Under the pieces are notes generated by a model. That model was not told the DNA's origin. It ran no database searches and saw only the letters and a program-made list of their open reading frames with translations. A DNA stretch of 64,000 nt from Syntrophales bacterium (GTDB lineage Bacteria; Desulfobacterota; Syntrophia; Syntrophales; UBA6807). Location: assembly GCA_040767195.1 (NCBI GenBank), contig JAXGPA010000001.1, positions 832,001 to 896,000 on the forward strand, written 5' to 3'. Of this stretch, positions 48,365 through 57,731 are shown piece by piece; the stretch's first letter is position 1; the number at the start of each line of letters is the position of its first letter. The translations under genes and the position numbers were made by a program.

Positions 48365-49300
48365 TCAGGTTCCCCTGCCGCGGTAAAACATATCCAGTAT
48401 GCCTTGACCGCCCCGGGAGAGAATCTTCTCCGCCAGGTCCCGGCCCATTTCCGGCCCCTGGCGGTAATCGCCCCGGTCCGACTCGGTAATGACCACCCGG
48501 CCGTCGACGCTCCCGAGAAGGCCCAGGAGGACGAGACGGTCGCCCTGCTTCCGGGCATGGACGGCCATGGGCACCTGGCACCCACCGCCCATGCGGGCGA
48601 GAAAGGCTCTTTCCGCGAAGACCTCCGCCGCCGTGTCTTCGTGGTGAAGAAAGGCTATCCGGTCCCGGGTTTTTTCGTCGTCCACCCGGATCTCGATGCC
48701 CAGAGCCCCCTGTCCCGCCGGCGGTATCATCCATTCCACGGATATGTACTGGGTAATTTCACCGGCCAGGCCGAGCCGCCTCATTCCCGCCGCCGCCACG
48801 ACGATTCCGTCCAGGTCTTCCGTTTCGATCTTCCGGAGACGGGTGTCCAGGTTGCCTCGAAGGGGCACCACATCCAGGTCGGGAAGCAGGTGCAGGAGCT
48901 GCATGGACCGCCTCATGGACCCCGTCCCTATTCTCGCCCCTTTCGGAAGTTCTTCCAGCTTCTTCCGGCTCCGGGATACAAGGACGTCCCGGGGGTCCTC
49001 CCTCCGGGGAACGGCCCCGATGACCAGGCCTTCCGGAAGCTCCGAGGGCATGTCCTTCATGCTGTGAACGGCCATGTCTATCTCCCCGGCCGCAAGGGAC
49101 TCTTCGATTTCCTTTACGAAAACGCCTTTTCCGCCGATTTTGACGAGGGCCACGTCCTGCAGTTTGTCTCCCCGGGTCCGAATGGGAACGATCTCGCTTT
49201 CCACCCCGGGATATCTTCCGGCCAGAGCCTTTTTCACGAACCCCGCCTGGGCCAGGGCCAATCGGCTCCCTCTCGTTCCGATGCGTATGATCTCTTTTAT
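48365..49300 (-). CDS. hemC: Hydroxymethylbilane synthase; apparent non-canonical ATA start
   Basis: IRIGTRGSRLALAQ, GGKGVFVKEIE, AVHSMKD, LRGNLDTR, GGCQVP; the conserved N-terminal motif lies upstream of the first ATG/GTG/TTG. Confidence 0.92.
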   Translation of the reverse strand: MKEIIRIGTRGSRLALAQAGFVKKALAGRYPGVESEIVPIRTRGDKLQDVALVKIGGKGVFVKEIEESLAAGEIDMAVHSMKDMPSELPEGLVIGAVPRREDPRDVLVSRSRKKLEELPKGARIGTGSMRRSMQLLHLLPDLDVVPLRGNLDTRLRKIETEDLDGIVVAAAGMRRLGLAGEITQYISVEWMIPPAGQGALGIEIRVDDEKTRDRIAFLHHEDTAAEVFAERAFLARMGGGCQVPMAVHARKQGDRLVLLGLLGSVDGRVVITESDRGDYRQGPEMGRDLAEKILSRGGQGILDMFYRGRGT

Positions 49301-50628
49301 GATGACGTCTCCTTTTCTTCCGTTTCCGTTTTTCCGCCGTCCTGCCGCCCGCTTTCACTTCCAGGGCCGTCAAGGTGGAACAGATCCCGGACCGCCGCCA
49401 CATAAACCGGTGTCCCGTCGTTCTGGCTCGCCTCCTTGAGGCTCGTCACCGGCCCGTGGAGAATCTTGTTCACAACCCCGTGAACGAGTATTTCAACCCT
49501 TTCCCGGTCTTCCTCCCGAAGCTCTCGGATCCAGGAAAAGGATTTCTCCATCTCCCCGTGGATGATCGCATCGGCCCGGTCCTTGAGGGATCTTATGGTG
49601 GGAACCACTTCCAGGGTGTTTCGCCATTCGGCGAAGCGAATCACTTCTTCCTCCACGATCCGCTCGGCCTTTTCGGACTCTTCCAACCGGTTTTTCAGGT
49701 TTTCGTCGACGATCTCCTGAAGGTGATCGATATTGTAAAGATAAACATTGTCGATTTCACCCGCGGCGGGATCGATGTCCCGGGGAACGGCGATGTCGAT
49801 GAGAAAAAGAAGGCGGTTTTTCCGGCGCCGGAGGGCGTTTCGGGCCATCTCAGCGGTGACGACGAACCCGGCGGACCCCGTGGAGCTGATGACGATGTCC
49901 GCCTCTTTCAGGTGTTCCTCCAGGGCATCGAATCCCGTCGCGACCCCCTGGAACTCTTCGGCAAGACGGACGGCATTCTCGAAGGTCCGGTTCGCCACGA
50001 TGATCCGTCCGGCGCCGTTTTTCAATAGATGCCGTGCCGCGAGCTCGGACATCTCGCCGGCGCCGATGAGAAGGACCGTCTTTCCGCCGAGGCCGCCGAA
50101 AATTTTCTTCGCCAGGGCCACGGCGGCATAGCTCACGGAAACGGCATTGAACGCGATGGCTGTCTCCGTCCGGACCCTTTTGGCAACACGAAAGGCATGA
50201 TGGAGAAGCTTGTTGATCATGAGACCGGAGGTGCCGTTCTCCACGGACATCCGGTAGGCCTCCTTGACCTGTCCCAGGATCTGGGGCTCCCCCATGACCA
50301 TGGAATCCAGGCTCGAGGCCACCCGGAAAAGATGCCGGGTCGCCGTGTCGCCCCGATAGACGTACAGGCAGGACTCCAGTTCCTCTCCGGGCAGGTTTCC
50401 GTGGGAAAAGATGAATGCCTTTATCCCGTCAATACCCCGGGTCTCATCTTGCAGATCGGCCAGGACCTCCACCCGGTTGCACGTGGAAAGATACAGAACC
50501 TCCCGGAGATGGGGGAGGCTCCTCAAGGTTGTTATGGCCCGAGACGGATCGTCGCAGGATAGAGCCAGTCTCTCCCGGATCTCGACGGGGGCCGTCTTGT
50601 GGTTCATTCCTATGAGAACGACAGGCAT
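49297..50628 (-). CDS. hemA: Glutamyl-tRNA reductase
   Basis: GMNHKTAPVEIRE, STCNRVE, SLDSMVMGEPQILGQVK, IGAGEM, DIAVPRDI. Confidence 0.96.
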   Translation of the reverse strand: MPVVLIGMNHKTAPVEIRERLALSCDDPSRAITTLRSLPHLREVLYLSTCNRVEVLADLQDETRGIDGIKAFIFSHGNLPGEELESCLYVYRGDTATRHLFRVASSLDSMVMGEPQILGQVKEAYRMSVENGTSGLMINKLLHHAFRVAKRVRTETAIAFNAVSVSYAAVALAKKIFGGLGGKTVLLIGAGEMSELAARHLLKNGAGRIIVANRTFENAVRLAEEFQGVATGFDALEEHLKEADIVISSTGSAGFVVTAEMARNALRRRKNRLLFLIDIAVPRDIDPAAGEIDNVYLYNIDHLQEIVDENLKNRLEESEKAERIVEEEVIRFAEWRNTLEVVPTIRSLKDRADAIIHGEMEKSFSWIRELREEDRERVEILVHGVVNKILHGPVTSLKEASQNDGTPVYVAAVRDLFHLDGPGSESGRQDGGKTETEEKETSS

Positions 50629-50632
50629 ACCT

Positions 50633-51448
50633 TTAAAAAAAATCGTGGACGGTCGTAAAAAACGCGTGCACGCCCGCCAGAGAAAAAAGGAGAACGGCGA
50701 AGGCGAGAATGGACAGAAAGGCCGCCTTCCGCCCCTTCCACCCGATGGCAAGGCGCTGGTGAACCAGGATAACGTAAAGGACCCACGCAAGAAGCGTAAA
50801 AACCTGCTTCGGGTCCCACTGCCAGGGCCTTCCCCAGACCGCCCCAGCCCAGACAGCTCCGGCGATGATTCCCACGGTGAAAAAAACGAATCCCCACAGG
50901 AGGGAAAGGTGGTTGATCCTGTCCAGGTCTCGGAGGGATGGAAGATAACGGCTGAATCGAAAAGCCGTTTTCCTCCGCAGGGCATGGTCCTGCAGAAGGT
51001 ACATGGTCCCGGCGAGACAGGCCAGAACGAGGAGAGCTTCTCCCGTGAGGGTGAAAAAAACGTGGGCCGGCACCCAATATCCCCGGAGGATGTCGGGGAC
51101 GACGTTCTCTCCCGTGAGCCCCAGGGACGTCGCCATCATGAGAAGGAAGGAAAAAGGCGCCACAAAGGCCCCGAGGACACGGGTCTTCGTCATGGTCTGA
51201 AACACGAGATAGCCCCCGGAAACAGCCCAGGCCAGAAAGGACAGAGACTCATACAAGGTGATTACAGGGCCCTGTCCAGAAAGCCGCCAGCGCCCGATGA
51301 TGAACAGGGTGTGGATGGCGAAGGCCGCGAAAAGGACCCACGTGGAGATCCGGGCGACGGAAACCCTTCGGACCAGGAGGGAGACCAGGTAGCCTGCCGT
51401 ACTCACGAGGTATGCGAAAAGAGCCGCCTTGAATAACCAGGTTTCCAT
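50633..51448 (-). CDS. ccsA: Cytochrome c assembly-family protein (CcsA/HemX-like)
   Basis: Multi-TM, WVPAH, GAVWAGAVWGRPWQWDPKQ (WWD motif). Confidence 0.85.
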   Translation of the reverse strand: METWLFKAALFAYLVSTAGYLVSLLVRRVSVARISTWVLFAAFAIHTLFIIGRWRLSGQGPVITLYESLSFLAWAVSGGYLVFQTMTKTRVLGAFVAPFSFLLMMATSLGLTGENVVPDILRGYWVPAHVFFTLTGEALLVLACLAGTMYLLQDHALRRKTAFRFSRYLPSLRDLDRINHLSLLWGFVFFTVGIIAGAVWAGAVWGRPWQWDPKQVFTLLAWVLYVILVHQRLAIGWKGRKAAFLSILAFAVLLFSLAGVHAFFTTVHDFF

Positions 51449-51450
51449 GA

Positions 51451-52101
51451 TCAATCCAGAGGGATGTCTTCCCCGACCCGTTCCCGGATCAGTTCCCGGA
51501 CCTCGTCCCACCGCTCTTCCCGGATACAGGCGAGGAGAGGAGCGTCAAGAAGATCCTCGAAAATCCGTCGATTGGCTTCGGGCCCCGCCCCTTTTTCGAG
51601 GATCTTCCGCCTGATCTTACCCATGATCCGGAGGAGCGTGCCGTATTCCGGGCCATACCGTTCCTCCAGTTCTTCGCGGATTCTCCGGGCCAGGGCGGGA
51701 CTCCTGCCCCCCGTGGAAACGGCCACGGAGAGATCCCCCCTGTTAAAAACGGCGGGAACGATGAAGTCGCACCGGGACGGTTCGTCCACGATGTTCACGA
51801 GAACGCCCCTTTTACGGGCATCCTCGAAAATCCGACGGTTTATTTCCGGCCGGTCGGTGGCGCCTATGACCAGGAAAACGCCATCCAGGTAGCGGTCCTC
51901 GTAAGGGCCTCCCAGGTGCTCGATCCTTTTTTCCTGAACGAGCCCCCTCAGGAGATCCGTCAGGCTTATGGCCGCCAGGGCCACCGAAGCGCCGCATTCC
52001 AGGAGGGAGAGGACTTTACGCTCCGCCACCTCACCGCCGCCGATGACGACGCATTTCCTGTTTGAAATGTCGAGACAAACGGGGTAGTATTTTAAAGTCA
52101 T
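51451..52101 (-). CDS. Precorrin-2 dehydrogenase / sirohydrochlorin ferrochelatase (CysG N-terminal, SirC-type)
   Basis: YYPVCL, IGGGEVAERK, NIVDEP..CDFIVPA, STGGRSPALAR. Confidence 0.92.
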   Translation of the reverse strand: MTLKYYPVCLDISNRKCVVIGGGEVAERKVLSLLECGASVALAAISLTDLLRGLVQEKRIEHLGGPYEDRYLDGVFLVIGATDRPEINRRIFEDARKRGVLVNIVDEPSRCDFIVPAVFNRGDLSVAVSTGGRSPALARRIREELEERYGPEYGTLLRIMGKIRRKILEKGAGPEANRRIFEDLLDAPLLACIREERWDEVRELIRERVGEDIPLD

Positions 52102-52293
52102 CGCATCCCTTCAGGTCCCGATTCGTTAGAAAGATAAAATTGTTACCACGACGGATGGGAAAACTCAAGGAGCTTGATCTTTCAGAGGCGGGCCCCTTCA
52201 CGGGACCTGCCGGGAGAAATCCCGGGCCCACAAGGGGAACCTCAGAGATCATGGGGATCGGATCGGACATTCCAGAGAGGAGACACACGGCAC

Positions 52294-53235
52294 ATGCCTT
52301 CACAAAGCCAAAAGTGGGTTGAAATCACCATTGCGGCGCCCATCGCCCTGGCCGACGCAATCTCCAGCTTTATCACCGACCAGGGATCCCTCGGCGTCAT
52401 CGAGGAAGAGATCGTGGTGGATGCCTTTGACGACATCGACGAGCAGGAGGGATCGGGAAAGATCAGGGCTTATTTTCCCGATGACCATACCGCCGCCATG
52501 AAAGTGAACGCTCTCGGGGATTACCTGAAAAGCCTCTCCCAGATGTTTCCCGAGCTCGACCCGCCGGAGATGAAAGCGGAAACCATCGCCGACCCCGACT
52601 GGGAGGAACAGTGGAAAAAGTATTTCAAACCCCTCCGGATCAGCCGGGACATCGTCATCAAGCCGACCTGGGAACGTTACGCCCCCTCCGGCCGGGACAT
52701 CGTCATCGACATCGATCCCGGCATGGCCTTCGGGACGGGCCAGCATCCTTCTACCCGCATGTGCATCAACGCCATGGAAGAAATTATCCCCAAGGACCGC
52801 ACCTTTGAGACATGGCAGGTCCTCGACGTGGGAACAGGTACGGGGATCCTGGCCATATCGGCGGCCAAGCTCGGCGCCCAACGGGTCATCGCTCTCGACC
52901 TTGACCTGAAAGCGGTCGAAATCGCTGAAAAAAATATAACAATCAACCGGGTCGAAGACCGGATCGAGATCCTGAACCAGGACGTTCTGACATACCAGGG
53001 CCGGTTTAACCTCATCGTCGCCAATCTGACGGCCTCGACCCTGATTCCCCTTCGGACCCATCTTGACGGCATGCTGGAACCGGGAGGCTACCTCGTTCTC
53101 TCGGGCATCATAGAAAAAGACGCTCCCATGGTGGAAGAAACGTTTCTTCGCCAGGAAAGCCTGTCCTCTCACCAGCTCCTTTCGGAAAAAGAATGGGTCT
53201 GCTTCGTCCTGCAAAAGAGGAGAGAAGCGCCTTGA
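52294..53235 (+). CDS. prmA: Ribosomal protein L11 methyltransferase
   Basis: WEEQWKKYFKP, IDPGMAFGTGQHPST, LDVGTGTGIL, VANL, LSGI. Confidence 0.93.
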   Translation: MPSQSQKWVEITIAAPIALADAISSFITDQGSLGVIEEEIVVDAFDDIDEQEGSGKIRAYFPDDHTAAMKVNALGDYLKSLSQMFPELDPPEMKAETIADPDWEEQWKKYFKPLRISRDIVIKPTWERYAPSGRDIVIDIDPGMAFGTGQHPSTRMCINAMEEIIPKDRTFETWQVLDVGTGTGILAISAAKLGAQRVIALDLDLKAVEIAEKNITINRVEDRIEILNQDVLTYQGRFNLIVANLTASTLIPLRTHLDGMLEPGGYLVLSGIIEKDAPMVEETFLRQESLSSHQLLSEKEWVCFVLQKRREAP

Positions 53236-53999
53236 CCCTCCCCCGTTTATACCTTCCCGACGTGACGGACGGCAAAACCGTCGTTCAGGCGAAGGGGAAG
53301 GAGCTGCATTATCTTAAATCCGTTCTCCGCCTTTCCGAAGGCAGCGAGATCCGTCTTTTTGACGGCACAGGCGGCCAGTGGCGGGCCCTCGTCGAGCGCT
53401 ACGACGACGAGGGGGCCTCCCTGCGGATCCTGGAAAAAGACGAACCGGCTGCTTCCGCCCTGGAAATCACCCTGGCCCAGTCCCTGCCCAAGGCGGACAA
53501 GATGGATTTCATCGTCCGAAAGGGGACGGAACTCGGCGCGGGCCGGATCATCCCCTTTATTTCATCCCGTTCCGTTTCCAGGCCCGATGCGGGCCGCCAG
53601 GAAAACCGGATTTTGCGGTGGCGCCGGATCGCCGCCGAGGCCGCCCGACAGTCGGGACGTTCGGTGGTCCCGGAAATAACGGACATCCTTTCCTTCGAAA
53701 CGATGCTGTCGCGCCGGCAGGCGGGGAACCTGGGACTCTTCTTCTGGGAAGACGAGAAAAATCGGTTCCTCAAATCCCTCCTGGGAGGACCTTCCGCCCG
53801 GGAGCAATCCCGGTTCTTCATCGTCGTCGGCCCGGAAGGGGGGTTTTCCCGGGATGAGGCGGACCGGGCCATGTCCGACGGTTTTATGGCGGTGACGCTC
53901 GGCCCTTACATCCTTCGGACGGAAACGGCCCCCCTGGCCATCCTGTCGATTCTCCAGTACGAGAAAGGCTCTTTTTCAGAAAGGACATGCCATGAGTGA
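53232..53999 (+). CDS. rsmE: 16S rRNA m3U1498 methyltransferase
   Basis: HYLKSVLRL, KGTELG, EAARQSGR, VGPEGGFS, LGPYILRTETA; TTG overlaps the prmA stop. Confidence 0.93.
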   Translation: MTLPRLYLPDVTDGKTVVQAKGKELHYLKSVLRLSEGSEIRLFDGTGGQWRALVERYDDEGASLRILEKDEPAASALEITLAQSLPKADKMDFIVRKGTELGAGRIIPFISSRSVSRPDAGRQENRILRWRRIAAEAARQSGRSVVPEITDILSFETMLSRRQAGNLGLFFWEDEKNRFLKSLLGGPSAREQSRFFIVVGPEGGFSRDEADRAMSDGFMAVTLGPYILRTETAPLAILSILQYEKGSFSERTCHE

Positions 54000-54495
54000 C
54001 GGGTATTTCGGCGGATTTTTCCGCCGCTTCACAGCGTTCATGATCGACCAGTTTTTCCTTGCCATGCTCTACACAGCCATTTTCTTCGTCAGCGCGAAGC
54101 TTCTCGGTATCGACATGTATTCCCTTCTGGATTTCACGACGTGGCGAAGCCCACGGGACATGAGCCCCCTTCTCCTGTCCTATTACGGAATGACCACGAT
54201 CCTGAACATGACCTACTTCACCTATTTTCACGGGACGACCGGGCAGACCCCGGGCAAGAAAATGCTCGGCCTCAGGGTCGAAAGGACAGGCGGAGATCCC
54301 ATGACGCCGGGGATCGCCTTTCTCCGGTGGGTCGGTTATTTCGTCTCGGCCATCGTCCTGTACCTGGGGTATCTGTGGGTCATCGTGGACAGGAAAAAGC
54401 AGGCCTGGCACGACAAGATCGCCGGCACGGTGGTGGTGCGGACATCGTGGGACAGACCCGCTCCGGCGGCCGTGGACGCGGAAAAAATACCTTGA
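53992..54495 (+). CDS. RDD-family membrane protein
   Basis: FFRRFTAFMID, GQTPGK.MLGLRV, QAWHDKIAGT.VV. Confidence 0.9.
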   Translation: MSDGYFGGFFRRFTAFMIDQFFLAMLYTAIFFVSAKLLGIDMYSLLDFTTWRSPRDMSPLLLSYYGMTTILNMTYFTYFHGTTGQTPGKKMLGLRVERTGGDPMTPGIAFLRWVGYFVSAIVLYLGYLWVIVDRKKQAWHDKIAGTVVVRTSWDRPAPAAVDAEKIP

Positions 54496-54521
54496 CAAAA
54501 AAGCCGCTTCGGTTTTATGAT
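54492..54521 (+). promoter_or_regulatory. Sigma70-type promoter for tRNA-Phe
   Basis: TTGACA (54492-54497, overlapping the RDD stop), 18-nt spacer, TATGAT (54516-54521). Confidence 0.7.
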
Positions 54522-54541
54522 CCATTCCCTCAAGAAAAGAC

Positions 54542-54617
54542 GGGTCGGTAGCTCAGTCGGTAGAGCACTGGACTGAAAATCCAGGTGTCGGCAGTTCGAT
54601 TCTGCCCTGACCCACCA
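54542..54617 (+). tRNA. tRNA-Phe(GAA)
   Basis: 76 nt cloverleaf: GGGTCGG/CTGACCC acceptor stem, AGCTCAGTCGGTAGAGC D arm, CTGGA-CTGAAAA-TCCAG anticodon arm, GTTCGA T loop, CCA end. Confidence 0.97.
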
Positions 54618-54623
54618 GGATGC

Positions 54624-54660
54624 AAAAAGGGCCGCAAAGTGATTTTGCGGCCCTTTTTTT
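54624..54660 (+). terminator. Rho-independent terminator after tRNA-Phe
   Basis: AAAAAGGGCCGCAAA-GTGAT-TTTGCGGCCC followed by T7. Confidence 0.9.
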
Positions 54661-54850
54661 ATTTTCGAATGATCGGATGATTATAAAGATCCCTCGTCGA
54701 TACCATCCTCAGTGATCGAAGAGAGATGAAGGCTTTTTTTCAGGTTTTGCCTGTAGCACAATAATCAAATTTTGGGCAGTGGAATAAAGTCCGTTGTTTT
54801 TGTAACACGAGGCTCATTGTGGAGACCTTCGCCGACAAAGAACGGCGCAA

Positions 54851-55762
54851 TCAGTCCCTGGCAATTACGGGAGCGGCGCGACTGTTTTCCCTCAATCGAA
54901 GAAAGGACAGAATCGCCAGGGCCAGCAGGATGAGGATGATGCCCCCGGCCTCACAGTCATTGATTCTTTCTCCGATCTCAATCCACGATGAGGTCATGCC
55001 GATCACCGGTATGGCGAGGAGCCCCATGCCGCCAACACCGGCGGGAAGGTTTCGAATCACGTTGATATAGAGGATGAAGGCCAGGGCCGAGACAAGCAAA
55101 CCGTTATAAATCATGGCACCCACAAGATAGGGGGTCCAGGAGACGGGTTCGGAGGGGATCAGGAAGGCGGTGACGATGAGGGGCAGGGCCCCGAAAAAGG
55201 TCTGCCACGTCGTTACCGACAGGAGGTCGAAACCCTCTCGTTTCTGCAGCATCTTGATGAAGACGGCGCCGACCCCCCAGCAGACACCCGCCAGAACGGC
55301 AAGAATTTTGCTCATGAAGGTTCCCCCCATGGACCATGGCTCGAGGAGAAAAACAAGGCCCATGAAAGAGGCCGACACGGGAATCCAGTAGAGTCCTCCA
55401 AATTTTTCCCCAAGAAAAATCCAGGCGAATATCATGATCCAGAAAGGCATCGTGTAGACCAGAATAGCGGTTTTCCCGGCGCCCCCGCTGACCAGGGCCC
55501 ACATGATGAGCCCCGTCCCTGCGGCAGTCTGCGAAAACCCCAGCAAGGCGATCAGGACGGCGTTCCGGGGCCTGAGAGACAGACCCTTCCAGGCCATGAA
55601 CCCCATGAGGACGAGGGCCCCCATGGCCATTCTCGCGGCGTTGAAATCGAAAGGACCCATGAATGCGAGGGATTTCTTCATGACCACCCAGTTGTATCCC
55701 CATATGGCGGTAAGAAGAGCCAGTCCCGCCAAGGGCTTATATGACCTGACAGACAGGGGCAT
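54851..55762 (-). CDS. EamA/DMT family transporter
   Basis: IWGYNWVVMK, LVYTMPFW, FLGEK, about 10 TMs, IGER. Confidence 0.9.
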   Translation of the reverse strand: MPLSVRSYKPLAGLALLTAIWGYNWVVMKKSLAFMGPFDFNAARMAMGALVLMGFMAWKGLSLRPRNAVLIALLGFSQTAAGTGLIMWALVSGGAGKTAILVYTMPFWIMIFAWIFLGEKFGGLYWIPVSASFMGLVFLLEPWSMGGTFMSKILAVLAGVCWGVGAVFIKMLQKREGFDLLSVTTWQTFFGALPLIVTAFLIPSEPVSWTPYLVGAMIYNGLLVSALAFILYINVIRNLPAGVGGMGLLAIPVIGMTSSWIEIGERINDCEAGGIILILLALAILSFLRLRENSRAAPVIARD

Positions 55763-56043
55763 GATCGATCCTTCCTCCTCTGCGGGCCCGATGGTGCCGC
55801 CCCTTCGGGGTCCCCGGGAAACCGCATCTCAACGCTCTGACGTCGTCATCGGATAGCACACCCATCGCTGTCACCGCAAGCGATATCGCTGGAATGCGCA
55901 TCCCCCGGGCCTTTCATCGCCGCCTGCGCCCCAGCCCTTGTGCCACACCTGGGGGAAAGGAGGCCCGGGGCCAGTTTTTCATTGACAAATACGGGGAAAG
56001 CATCCAAAAGAAACAACAGCGCCAATAAGGGGGACCACAACGC

Positions 56044-57156
56044 ATGGCAAGGCGAAGCCGGGAAGTCTATCAGTTTAAAGTCACCTTGAGGGGTATACGC
56101 CCGCCCGTCTGGAGAAGGATCCAGGTCCCGGAGAACTATTCCTTCTGGGACCTTCATGTGGCCATACAGGATGCCATGGGGTGGCTCGATTGCCATCTTC
56201 ACGCTTTTTACATGGCCAACCCCGTAACGGGCCAGCGGGAAGAAATCGGCATCCCCGATGAGGAATGGGCCGGCGACAAGATTTTACCGGGGTGGAAAAA
56301 GAAAGTCGCCCGCTATTTTACCCCGGAAAATAAGAAAGCCCGCTACGTGTATGATTTTGGCGACGACTGGGAACATGATGTCGTCCTGGAAAAGATTCTA
56401 CCCCGAAATGAAAACGTTTTTTATCCGTGCTGCATAGCGGGCAGGCGATCGGCCCCGCCGGAGGACTGCGGGGGCCTGTGGGGTTATGAAAACCTGCTCC
56501 AGGGGCTTGAAAACCCCGATCACGAAGAGCACGAGGAAATTATCGAATGGGTGGGTGAGGATTTCGATCCCGACGATTTCAACAAGGAAGCCATCGTTTT
56601 TTCCGATCCCCGGAAGCGCCTGGAGAGCGCCTTTTCCGAAAACGCCCGGGAAGATGAGCATTCCGGGGAGGAAGAAGAAATGGAAGACAGGGAGTTTTTT
56701 CTGGAACCCTGGGTCGAACTCTGGGACAAGGTGCGCCGGCGTGATGTTTCCGACCTTTCCCCGGGGGAAGAGAAAATCGCCCGGATCATGCAGGACCACG
56801 AATCGATTTTTTCTGAAACACTGGACAAGGTAAAACAGGGCGGGGCCGACGAAGAGGAGGACATTGGCCTTCTTTTCCATGTCCTGATCCACATGACCGT
56901 GGAAGATCAGCTCGAAAGAGGCAAGCCGCTTGAGATACGGTCCTTTTATGAAGCCATGAAAGAGCAGGGGTGCAGCCATCACGACACGGTTCATCTTGCC
57001 GGGTCTCTTTGGGCCAGCCTTTTTCTGGAATCCACCTATGAGAAAAAGCGTTTTCCCTCTCAAAAATACAGAAACCGACTGAAAAAATTCAAAGACATGA
57101 AGCCCAGGGAGATCTGGGATCTTTTGAAAAAAGAACAATTCCAGGAAATCAAATGA
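56044..57156 (+). CDS. pRiA4b ORF-3 (TnpR/MM3350-like) domain fused to a DUF1841-like C-terminal domain
   Basis: PPVWRRIQVP, LHVAIQDAMGWLDCHLHAF, YVYDFGDDWEH, PPEDCGG; C-terminal FHVLIHMTVEDQL...HHDTVH. Confidence 0.82.
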   Translation: MARRSREVYQFKVTLRGIRPPVWRRIQVPENYSFWDLHVAIQDAMGWLDCHLHAFYMANPVTGQREEIGIPDEEWAGDKILPGWKKKVARYFTPENKKARYVYDFGDDWEHDVVLEKILPRNENVFYPCCIAGRRSAPPEDCGGLWGYENLLQGLENPDHEEHEEIIEWVGEDFDPDDFNKEAIVFSDPRKRLESAFSENAREDEHSGEEEEMEDREFFLEPWVELWDKVRRRDVSDLSPGEEKIARIMQDHESIFSETLDKVKQGGADEEEDIGLLFHVLIHMTVEDQLERGKPLEIRSFYEAMKEQGCSHHDTVHLAGSLWASLFLESTYEKKRFPSQKYRNRLKKFKDMKPREIWDLLKKEQFQEIK

Positions 57157-57221
57157 TCCTGGGATGTTGTTTTGATGACCGGTGATCCGTCAACCAGCGT
57201 GATGAAAACCGGGAGAGCGCC

Positions 57222-57596
57222 GTGAATAAAACAACCCAGGACACGGAGCGGCAGGCAAACCGGCAGGAAATCGCGGACCGTTTCAGGGAAAGGGAACAAA
57301 AGGCCTTCTGTCATGAAGGAGAAAAAATTTTAAAGTATTACGTCCTTTTCGGCCATGAAGGACTTCCTTCCGTACTCACTTATCTCGACAAAATGGGAAA
57401 AACGCCGATCCGCGGCCTTGAAAACGACGGGGTGGATCAATTGATCAACCGGGTTCTCGATGACGAAGAGGGCTACCTGGCTTATAAACTCGGCCTTGTC
57501 AGGGAAGCGGTGGACGGCATGGAAATCGACGACCGGCTGACAGGCCTGGTGAGCCGCTTCCTGGCGTTCCTCGGGCGGGAGGGGAATGGCCGGTGA
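57222..57596 (+). CDS. Hypothetical protein
   Basis: 124-aa ORF with GGAG RBS, co-oriented with the upstream gene and ending before a terminator. Confidence 0.55.
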   Translation: MNKTTQDTERQANRQEIADRFREREQKAFCHEGEKILKYYVLFGHEGLPSVLTYLDKMGKTPIRGLENDGVDQLINRVLDDEEGYLAYKLGLVREAVDGMEIDDRLTGLVSRFLAFLGREGNGR

Positions 57597-57628
57597 ACCC
57601 CAGGGGCCCGGAGAACCCGGAGGAACAG

Positions 57629-57661
57629 AAAAAGCGGGGCCTCTGGAAACCCCGCTTTTTT
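57629..57661. terminator. Bidirectional terminator between convergent genes
   Basis: AAAAAGCGGGG-loop-CCCCGCTTTTTT. Confidence 0.85.
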
Positions 57662-57731
57662 AGCTGATCCAGCTGTTCTTGTTTCAAGCCCGCTGCGGGG
57701 AAGTTTCTCCCGGCGGGAAACGAATTGGCTG

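Noticed and set aside
54542..54660. tRNA-Phe as an active integration site with att repeats
   Set aside because: No integrase and no duplicate of the tRNA 3' end noticed in the window
55763..56043. GC-rich leader of the EamA gene as a riboswitch or sigma54 promoter
   Set aside because: I could not match any riboswitch consensus, and TGGCAC lacks a TTGC at -12; an Infernal/Rfam scan would settle it
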